Position numbers and translations under genes: made by a program. 64,000 nt of DNA, taken from Antedon mediterranea (Eukaryota; Animalia; Echinodermata). The DNA lies in NCBI RefSeq assembly GCF_964355755.1, contig NC_092670.1:4454201-4518200 (forward strand). The letters run 5' to 3'. Below, piece after piece: positions 1-10,900 of this stretch; the first letter of the stretch is position 1, and the number at the start of each line of letters is the position of its first letter. The notes under the pieces are model-generated. The model worked only from the letters and a program-made list of their open reading frames with translations. It was not told where the DNA came from and made no database searches.

Positions 1-439
1 CGGAACCGATATAATTGGTTTTTGAAATCACAGAGAACATTTGACATCCCTGAGGGAATGATTTTCGAGGAACTATTTTCCCCAAGCGCACAAGGTGAAA
101 ACATTAATACACATGCGGACTATTCGCGCAAATACATTTGCCTAATGGGACACTTTCAGGACCAAAAAAACTGTCCCCAATGGGGGTTTACTCTGAATAA
201 CCCTATTCAGAAGAATTTCCTATTAAGAGGGAGATTTGTAAAGAGACATGATCTCCACCCTGGGGCAAATAGTATGTACCAGGCAGTTGCTTTGTCAGAA
301 ATGTACTTGCTTTTAACATGTAAATTTGTAAAACCATGGACATATTTTTCTAATTGTAAAACATATAACCGCCGCCGCAATTTGGTGTAGTGTTACGATA
401 TTTATGGCAATGAAGAATGTATGCCGGGTTTTTACGTAA

Positions 440-850
440 TCTATATTATAAAGGAGAGAGTTTGAACAGTTCGTTATGAGTATATTTTTTCTACTGCATC
501 ATCAATAATGGCCGGAATTGTACTGAGAAGGTATGTAATTTGAACGTTATCGGCCATCTTGGTCTGGAGGGTAGGTAATGGGGTATATACTGGGGAGTTT
601 ACAACCCTGAGCACGTATAGTTTCATAAATCCAAATCCATTTTGTATTCCGGTCGTATAATAATTAAGTGGCGGTCACTAGATAGTCAAGTGGCGGCCGC
701 TAGCCTTGTATATATGGCCACCGCTAGATAATTAAGTGGCAGCCGCCAAATAATTTCTCTGTTGTCAACAGTACGCGTGTTATAATTTTCATATGGGTTG
801 TAGATTGTTCAGAAAGCAGATTAGATTTCCTGGTGGGCAAACATTACTAG
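440..850 (+). mobile_element. Putative decayed non-autonomous Helitron-like element
   Basis: Starts A|TCTATATTATAAAGG (440) and ends ...ACTAG|T (850), the A/T insertion pattern with 5'-TC and CTAG-3' ends. Internal short repeats AAGTGGCGGCCGC at 665-750. The subterminal hairpin is degenerate. Confidence 0.3.
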
Positions 851-905
851 TATATTATATGATTTAGACAGAAAACAGTATGTACCAAGAGAACCTTAGA
901 GAACA

Positions 906-1078
906 TTTAATTTGGCAGGTTGCTGATTTCGAATGAATAAACTATTCTTTATGAACAATTCCAATAAAGTCTGGTAAAGGTATGTAAATCCTCCGACTAT
1001 TCTTCGCTTAAAGTCAAATATGACATTTCGATCATTGTTGGACAAACAATTCTTAGAAGGAATATAAAGATAGATTTT
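906..1078. repeat. Diverged ~170-bp direct repeat, copy 1
   Basis: AATTTGGCAGGTTGCTG...TATGTAAATC...GACATTTCGATC...TAGAAGGAATA aligns by eye with 3062-3222. Confidence 0.75.
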
Positions 1079-2349
1079 TAAATAGATTACAATTTCATAT
1101 AAATTGATTTGAATTGAAATCTATATATTCTATTTTTTTTCAAACACTGATGCGTAATTAAGAAATTCTAAGGTTGGTGTGTTTATGTATAGGCCTACAA
1201 ACATTAAACTTTACATTTGAATTGTTTGATTTTGACAGATTTGACATGATTCATGACAGACGATAACCTCAAGTCCAAAATATTATTTAACAAACTTCTC
1301 TGCTACGGATGAGTTTTGTTGGGTTCATTTATTTGTTAAAATATTTGTATACAGTAATATAAACATCTGCAATTAGGTTTTTTAACTACTCTGTTGGTGA
1401 GGAATACTACGAAGCCTTTCACATTCAGCAACATATGAATTGTTTTGGCAGATAATTGGTGACCAGTTACCAATTCAGAACGTCAGGATGTTCAGTTGGA
1501 GGCGAGAGTTTCCCAAGAACCAGTGGGAATATTAAAAGAAAACAGATCAGTTAATTATGCCACTGTTAATTAGGAATGTATTTCTCTTTATTTAAAAAAA
1601 ACGGTCATTTCTTCTTCTTCATTTTCTATAATTATATTCTTTGTTTCTCAAGTGCAATAAACGAAAAAAGTAGTGCAGTGGGTACATAAGATTATGATCG
1701 TAGTACAGCATCATTATATATACAAACGTTATATTATTTTTTTTCTGTTTGTATATACATTGATGAGGGAGTTTTTAAAATATTTATTCTTTTCATACCT
1801 CGTTGAGCCGTGAAATGTGCAAAAATGCTCAACAAATCTCATTGCTGATGATGTTATCATGCTTTTTTAAAGACATTTAAAAAATATTTTATCACGATCA
1901 GATTTTATATGTCTAATGATTTACGTGTGTCAAAACATAGAATTACTAAGCCTGTTAACCCGATAAATCCACAGCAAGGAAAGTGGTCATAAAACAAACA
2001 CTTTAACATTAAAAAAATGCAATTAATTTTACGGATAAGCCTTGTCGAGATATTAAATCTATTGCCTTGTCTAAATTATTCCAATATGCGACTATTTGTA
2101 ACGACTTATATCTCTAGATCATTATATAGGACTATGTCGATTAGATCATCAAATATTACGTCTGAGAGTATGGTATCGACTGTGATACATTATATAAAAG
2201 GCTATTTTTTTAGAGAGTAATCCCAAGCAATATCACAAAATAATAAAAAAAGTCCAACAATGCCTTTTCCATAAATAAACCAACTACATTCACTAAGCGA
2301 TCTTTCGATTAAAAGGTTAATAGACCCAATTAGCAAATATATAATTGAT

Positions 2350-2480
2350 AAGAGTGCGCATGTAGGCCTACGATTGTTTGGGGAGAGCTCCACTCGAAAA
2401 TATTGTTTACGTCAGTGTGGTAAACTGAGGTTTTCACGCTGCTGCTCTAGCCCGCTACGTCACACGAGATGACTCATTTA
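2350..2480 (+). promoter_or_regulatory. Candidate promoter/enhancer for the GPCR
   Basis: Locally GC/CpG-richer stretch with TGCGCATG, two TACGTCA half-CRE sites (~2408, ~2456) and AP-1 TGACTCA (~2470). The first coding exon is preceded by an acceptor-like tttttctcatag at 4675, implying an upstream non-coding exon. Motif-level inference only. Confidence 0.25.
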
Positions 2481-3061
2481 TTAGATGAAATCAAGCAGCA
2501 GTTATAGTACTACACTTTGACATTTTTGCTAAAATGGAAACTCGACTATAATTTATAGGTACTGCATTTCTGTTATTTATGAGTCCCATGACAATACTGT
2601 ATTTCGCTGTCAGATAATCATTGAATTATTATCAAAACAGTCCATAAAAGTTTTTGTTTATAATATGATACTTCAAACTTGAAGTATGTAGTGACCCCAG
2701 ACTTGACCTTAGCAATAAAATAAACTAAATTGAGTCTGTCTCATATCAAAGTTATTCACTTCTGTAACAAAATTCACATTATAAAAAGAGAAAGAAACGT
2801 TTAATTATAACTCAAAAACCACTGACAGACAATTGAAGTATTTTTTGTTTTTATTACATTTTTTTCAGGTAGAATAACTATAATGTGACAATAAAATGAC
2901 ACATTCAAAAACAAATTTGAAATAAAAAATATTTTCAGAGGGACAATATATCTTTAAAACTGTTACGTCAATAAGCGAGCAGCGTTTTTTGTAAGAAATA
3001 TTTCTTGTTTAGTATTGTGGAGTTAAATGATCACGTTAAAATTGCCCACTATGGCAAATCT

Positions 3062-3222
3062 TTCAATTTGGCAGGTTGCTGTTCTCGAATGAATATACTT
3101 ATATTTATGAACAAGATTACAATCTGCAGATATGTAAATCTTGAGACTATAATGTCAAATAATGACATTTCGATCGTTGTTAGACGACCAATTCTATTAG
3201 AAGGAATAAAAAGATGTTTTAA
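3062..3222. repeat. Diverged ~160-bp direct repeat, copy 2
   Basis: Colinear with 906-1078, with many substitutions and indels. Confidence 0.75.
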
Positions 3223-4678
3223 ATAATAATTTAGCAAAAACACATCAACATAAACCAGCGGTTGGGAAATTGGTACTTATATTTTAAACCAAGTGACCAG
3301 GTGTGCTTTGAAGATTTGATATCTCCTTATCATATTCTATTAAAATAGAAAATTCCGCTGCAATTTTTTTATTTTTTGAGCTAAACTGCCTGGACTAGCC
3401 CTGAATTATGAAATCTTCCAATTAAAAAGGTATCTATTGTTTTAATTACAATATAAAAGCCTGCAAGACTGTCGTTCTTATACAAATATTTTAAAGAAAA
3501 TAGGCAATAGTACTGTAAAAACCTCTAAAAATAACAGAAAAAAATTCCATTACAATTCATTACAAAATATGGAAATTCATTAAATGTTTAAAATTCAGTT
3601 GATTTGTAAGTATAATTTAAAATGTCACATAAACAAGTTAAACAATCAAGATGTTAAATTATATTTACGGAATAAATCAATTATTGATGATAAAAGCATG
3701 AAGAGAAGTAGATGCTAGCCTGTTTGCATAATAATCAGAGCATTACCAATATATATAGGTAGCCTACTGAGCTGGCGTACAATCATTTATTTTAATCCCG
3801 TTTACTAATTCACACGGATGTTAACGCAGTTGTCACAAAGTGGATCATGATGAATGTTAAGACTGATTGCAAATCTTACTCCAGCTATGATACCATAACT
3901 TTTGGCCAATTGTTAAGGTTAGGTACGGTATACACTCGCATTTTTTATTGTTTAAAGGACAACTATACTGAGAACCATATTTTGACAACGTATTAAGGAT
4001 GTAGATATGATTTCAGAACAATTGCGAGATTTACGGTATCGCCGCGCGGGTTTGCCGTACAGCCGTCGCCGTAAATTGTTATGACGTCACGTGTGCTTAG
4101 CAAAATCTACCGCATGAGTTTTCACTGTTGTTAACAAGAGATAGGTACCTGTCATTTCAATTGCTAATAGTAATTTGACCTGCATTAGGCTTAAATTTGG
4201 CACAATGTTTAGTCTGTTATTTTGAGAAAACAATTCAATATTCAGATAGGCAAAAGAAACAATAACAAAATTCAACATTTATATTTTTTACGATTTATTT
4301 AAAAAGTGGGTTTTCCTTTAAGAAATGATGCTACGTATCAGAAATCTTACATCAGACTGCATAATAATATAAATTAGAATTTTAATTAAACTTTACATTA
4401 TTCTTATTTGTTTGTGTTTTTTGTATGTAAATAAAAGTGTGCAAAAATCCCAAATAAGTTAATTTTCAAAACTATATCAAAGGTTCCGTGGTAATTGAAT
4501 TTGTTATTTGCTATTTCTATTAAGTTTAAATTTGATAATACTTTTCTTACTGTAATTTCATATTTAGATTATTAGAACTTGTTTATTTAAGATTTTATCA
4601 CTGTAACGCAATTACTTCAACTGAGTATTTATGTATAACTATAACCAAATATATATATTTTATCTTTTCTCATAGAAA

Positions 4679-4999
4679 ATGGCACTAGAATTAAACATAA
4701 GCAATGAAACAGAAGTCGGTCCGCCGGACTGTTTGAGGCATAGCGGGATTGACCAATGGCTTGTTCCAATCGTGTTTATGTCTATCACGTTTGTTGGCGT
4801 CCTTGGCAACGGACTGGTCATTTACGTCATTATCAAAAACAAAGCAATGAAAACGATGACCAATTACTACATTTTAAATCTTGCTATAACAGACGTGGCC
4901 TTTCTTGGACTATGTGCACCTCTTACGGCCGCAATATATATCTCACCAGAGTGGTTTTATGGAAGATTTTTATGCAAGTTTGTTTATTACATGATGCAG
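4679..4999 (+). CDS. KISS1R: KISS1R-like exon 1 (N-terminus to start of TM3)
   Basis: MALELNIS...YYMMQ followed by donor gtaaag at 5000. Confidence 0.9.
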
Positions 5000-7900
5000 G
5001 TAAAGTTTAAAGATTTCTTTAATTTTCCTTTCCCGCCAGTAATTATTTTGTTCTCTCTTTGCTTGAGAACAAATTAAATCACAGACATATATTACATACA
5101 TATTTATTTCTTCTCTTTATACTCAACCAAAAAGAGAAAAAAAAACAGAAAATGATTAAACATATACTTACTCGATGAAACAGAACACGTATGTTAACCT
5201 CTTGTCACTATCAATATCAGTAATAATTTTAAAGCATTACTTGTTCACAAACATTTTGAAATCAATCACGTTTTTAAGGGTAATTTTAACCGACTTCACT
5301 CAATCATTTCACCTTTTTTACCATCAAAAATATTTTTTTCATTAATACCCCAATACAAGCAATTAGAATATATGAAATATATGAAATAAAACGGAAAGAA
5401 GAAAAAAGCTTTAAAAATTTTGTCCACACATAACGACTGAATTTATAACTAAAGTAAGTAACGCAATATTATGTTATGTCAAAAAAACATAACAACATTC
5501 CAAACGCTATAAAAAAATCAATAAATATTGCCACTGTAAACCCGACACTACTATGTAGGTTAGCTGCTATATATGTTTTTGCCATAATTCAATGTATTTT
5601 TACTGTGCGTCCCGGCTGCGATATTAGCTTTCGTACATAAGTTGGTGACTCCTCATGAAACGTCACAAAATAAACATGAATATTCATTATTTTTATTTAT
5701 TTTATTCATTTCGGCAATAAACATAAAATAATAGTTACACAAACATAGAAAAATAAATATATATGAAGGACAAGACACGAAGTCGAGGAGAGACAAAAGC
5801 ATTAAACAAAACGCTGTCACCGGTAAGGTGTGTCTCTCCAATATCCATAAGGTGTTACCTAGGAATTGATTAATGCAAACGCTTTCTGTCGAGCCGTCTG
5901 TTTAGTCGAATGGATTGTTGACTTTACATGTCGATGTATGGGGTTCGAATCCCAAGAGCAATTTCTTTAATGAGAGAGATTATTTAGTGGGTTAGGTTTA
6001 GTTATATTTAGGAAGTAGCGGCTATCTTTCACATAAGAGGTCCCCACTTATGTACGGAAAAAAAATCGTGTCCCGGACTCACTGCTTGCGGCCCGCTACG
6101 CAATCAAAAATAAACAAAACACGGCTTATGCTTCCACACTCCACAGTGCAATTTATTCATGGGATGATCAGTGGCTATTAATCGGTAGCGAAAATCGCCG
6201 TGGCTAAAGATACGGTACCGTATTCTAACTTCTGTTTACTAAAGGTACGGTAAAATTGCATTACGTCATAACCAGCCAATGGGGTGCTGGTACGTGTGTG
6301 ACGTCATCGTATAAGGACTTTGGATTTTTTCATATCGCGAAAACAGTGATCAACCGCATTTTCTTTATGCTTCATCATTTATCGCTATTTATTATTGCCG
6401 TCGTGTGTGACAAAAACTAAATGTAGCCTACGTCTGTTATTATTATTATTGAAAAGTCAAAACATGTTGATTTTAATTCTAGAATACAAAAAACCGTTTC
6501 AAAAGAGGCCTAGGCCTACTTACTACGTACTATAACCTCATTATATGAGTTTGTTTGTGTAGGGAAAGCGATGCCAGGCTGGGGCCAGCTGCATGTGTGC
6601 GCTGATTTCTGTGACTCAGACCTGGGGCTACTGTCTAAAAATCATAGTATTTGAGGGCCCCTTTTTTATTGTCCGCATTTGCTTGTTGTTTATGGTCACC
6701 ATTCAAAGTTTAATAAAAGATATAGGCCTAAAGGCCATTTGGAATAAAACCCTCATCAGCGCACATACACCGTACCCATGCAGCCTGGCGCCGCCGACAG
6801 GAATTCTCTACATACAACAGACGCGATATGAAAAAAAAATCAAAAGTCCTTATACGATGACGTCACACACGTACCAGCACCCCATTGGCTGATTATGACG
6901 TAATGCAATTTTACCGTACCTTTAGTAAACAGAAGTTAGAATACGGTACCGTATCTTTAGCCACAGCGAACTAAAATAACAACAGGAATATGGTAACGAA
7001 CGAATACTGTTTCACGTTGGCTTACGCCTATACTAATAACAATAACAATGGCCGAAATAAAAACAACTATCGTATATGATCATATTATTATGTCTCTATA
7101 TATACGTGTATAATGCTATCTTATAAAACCTATACAGTATACATTATCAGTACTAGGCCTCTATCATAATTAGTGTTTAGTTACTTACAAAGAATGTACT
7201 TGTATGCATTTAGGACGTATAAGGATGACTTGGAGACTTGGAATTACGTATCGTATACTGACTGCTAATACAAAACTAACTAACAACAGTAGAGCGGGTA
7301 CTGAACATCTGGTTCCTGGATATTTAAATTAGGCGAATACGTCATAACAAATTGAAAAGACTGGATATTAAATGACACGTACGTTTACGGCGGTACGAAA
7401 ACAAAAATAAGACCGAACTTGCTCGAAAGCCAACGTGACACCAGATGGCTACGGGAACTATATACTGCTAAATAGCAGGGTTGCTAACTTCCATTTTTTA
7501 TGAAGATTGTGCATTTTGTGACAAAAGCACCAAATTTGGCACAAACCTTCTTTAGGGTATATCTAACAATCCTAGAAGGGGTGCCCAAAAATCGGAACAA
7601 TTTAACGACGTCATTTGGACCACGCCCTTTTTTTAGTATTACGTAATTAGGTGAAAACTTAAATCTTCGTATATACATACCAAGTTTGGTATCAAATTAA
7701 AACTCATGACATGTACATTGCAATACACACATAAAAAATATATGATTTCTCTTCAGACGGAATATATAGGTCAAATAATTTCATTTTCTGTCATATTGAA
7801 GGGGATTTCAATCAAAACGCGCCAATATTGGCCTATGTTATGAACATTGTAGTTATAAGAAAAACAACCTTCATTTTTGTAATAGAACTACTAATATATA

Positions 7901-10900
7901 TTTATCCTGTATCAGTTACTTTCCTTTAACATAATATTAGGAACCACTGAAAAAAAGTATATAAAACATATACTGTATCAAACTTGGCTCAATAATCACT
8001 GGACTAAGTAAACAGACAAAAGACCATTTGACTGACAATTATGGCGTTAGCATCCAAAACAATACATGGAGGTGATTATCAACTTTACTTTTATGAAATT
8101 ATTTATCTGGAAACAAACACTTATAATGGTACAGAGTTGCTAGATGACGAACAAGTTCCACGGCATGGGTAACAAAGACCAGTGCAAGAAAGACCTGCTG
8201 AACGGCACTGAGCAATGCAGGCAATCCATTCCTCAATAATTGTTCAGAACTTCTGGTCTTGGATGCTCGAGATTGTGCCAATGAAAGTGCAGTAGTGACA
8301 GTTCGTACAATTCAGGATGTAGGTACTACCCACTACCAACAAATATTTCAAAGAAGTTATTCTCGACAGAAGTGTTGAAATTCAACAAGCCATCAAACAG
8401 AATAAGCTGCCGTTGTTCAACACACCATGGTCAAAATCAGTGTCCAAAACAAAGCAACAAGTTAAGAGTTTAAAAAGTGACTGCAGCCTATTCAGTCGAC
8501 TGTATATTGCAAGTCAATCTCGTGATGGAGATTTGGAAGACTTCTTCATGCATGAAAACCAGCCATGGCCACCCTCTTTGGCAGGAAATGGAAAGCTTCG
8601 ACTACCAACTAAGAAGTCTGAGTTGCTACAGCATTTGGAGACTGAAGGCCAGCCTGAACCTCCTACATATTTTGACGTAAAGGTGTTTGACGGAGCTGCT
8701 ATTGTCCATGCTCTTTCCAGCAACCATGCATTTACATTTGATGACTACGGTGATAAGGTGAGTACATTTCTTTGCATTCAGGATTGTATCTATTGTTTAA
8801 CCACCACATAATTGGTCACTTCTATATGAGGATCGTTATTCTTGTATCATTTGTATGACAGGTCTTTCTACCGTGGACCAGACAGCAGCTGCAGAATAGT
8901 AACAGAATTGATATAGTGTGGGACACTTACAGAACAGATAGTCTTAAGCAGTCTACAGGAGAAAAAAGAAGAAAAGGGGTCAGAAGGAAAGTTGGGGGAC
9001 AAACAAAGATTCCAGGGATTTTCCAGACTTTTTGAAAGATCCAGTAAATAAAGAGGAGTTATTTAACTTTTTAACTACAAAGGTGTCTACCCATGATTAC
9101 TCTGACTGCATCAGGTAAGTTTTATTATGATACATACTAATTTATTTTGTTTGTAACCAAACGATTAATTTACTTATACAGTTTCATACCAATAATTAAT
9201 TAAAAAGGCATATTAAATTAGTAAGTAATTCTTGATATATGTCCTGTAGGCGAGTCTGTTGTATGTTGACATCTACTCAACCTATGTCAATCTGCGACCA
9301 TGAAGAGGCCGACTCCAGGATGTGCATTCACATTGATGATGCCTTAAAGAAAGGTAGCAGGGTTATGTTGGTGCGTACAGTTGATACTGATGTCATTGTT
9401 ATCCTGGTTGGTATTTTCTGCAATCTAATAGCCTGTTATCCTGGTACGTGTATCTGGGTCGCATTTGGCATGGGTAAGAACTTCCAATATTTTAATATAA
9501 ATACCATCTGCCATAACCTAGGAGAGGATAAGTCAAGAGGGCTGCCAGTTTTTCATGCATTTACTGGGTCCGATACTACATCCCAGTTCTTCGGAAAAGC
9601 AAAACACTCGCATGGGAGACGTGGAACTCATTTCCAGCAGTCACAGAAGCCTTTCTTTTCATGGCACATCACCCTTTCAAATCTCTAGGAGTCAACTCAT
9701 CTCAATTCCAGTTGCTAGAGGAGTTTACATGTCATCTATACGACAAGACAAGTACTTTAAGAAGTGTTACTGAGCTAAGACAAGATCTTTTTTCAAGAAA
9801 GGCACGGTCAATGGACAACATTCCTCCTACACAGGTAAGGGGAGCTTCCATATAATTGTCAATTGTCGTTTAATAATTTATTATCAGGTTCATGTTTTTC
9901 TTTCATTAAAAGGTAAGACCAATCTTTAAATTGTTTATTGCAGGATGCACTTTTACAGCATTCCAACAGATCCATATACCAAGCAAGCATTTGGACCACC
10001 AGTCTACAGCCACAGCAGAATGCTCCATCACCAGAAGACTTTGGTTGGACTAAAACCGGCAGTACATGGACACCAGTCTGGACAATACTACCTGAAGCAT
10101 CCATGGCATGTAGGGAATTGCTAAAGTGTGGCTGCAAAAAGTTGCCTTTTTGCTCAGGGAACTGCAAGTGCCATTCAGCAGGTCTTTCTTGCACTGGTCT
10201 TGTTACCCATGCCGTGGAACTTGTTCGTCATCTAGCAACTCTGTACCATTATAAGTGTTTGTTTCCAGATAAATAATTTCATAAAGTAAAGTTGATAATC
10301 ACCTCCATGTATTGTTATGGATGCTAACGCCATAATTGTCAGTCAAATGGTCTTTTGTCGGTTTACTAATAGTCCAGTGGTTATTGAGCCAAGTTTGATA
10401 CAGTATATGTTTTATATACTTTTTTTCAGTGGTTCCTAATATTATGTTAAAGGAAAGTAACTGGTACAGGATAAATATATATTAGTACTATTACAAAAAA
10501 TGAATGTTGTTGTTCTTATAACTACAATGTTCATAACATAGCACAATATTGGCACGTTTTGATTGAAATACCCTTCAATATGACAGAAAATTACATTATT
10601 TGACCTATATATTCCGTCTGAAGAGAAATCATATATTTTGTATGTGTGTATTGCAATGTACATGTCATGAGTTTTAATTTGATACCAAACTTGGTATGTA
10701 TATATGAAGATTTAAGTTTTCACCTAATTACGTAATACTAAAAAAAGGGCGTGGTCCAAATGACGTCGTTAAATTGTTCCGATTTTTGGGCACCCCTTCT
10801 AGGATTGTTAGATATACCCTAAAGAAGGTTTGTGCCAAATTTGGTGCTTTTGTCACAAATTGCACAAAAAAAGTGCTAAGTTACCCTGCTAAAAGCTTGG

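Noticed and set aside
22-390. 122-aa ORF on +
   Set aside because: Non-ATG start, no recognisable motif, no convincing splice context.
5885-5960. tRNA gene
   Set aside because: Only the B-box is intact and no cloverleaf could be drawn. The same holds for 41527-41600 and 60980-61050, which are treated as SINE-derived.
7013-7439. Separate TIR element (TCACGTTGGCTT / AAGCCAACGTGA)
   Set aside because: Only a 12-15-bp inverted match with no TSD; not enough to call.
8099-8281. 60-aa ORF on - sharing a C-terminus with 9938..10276
   Set aside because: By-product of the Academ inverted arm; the shared tail is an off-frame reading.
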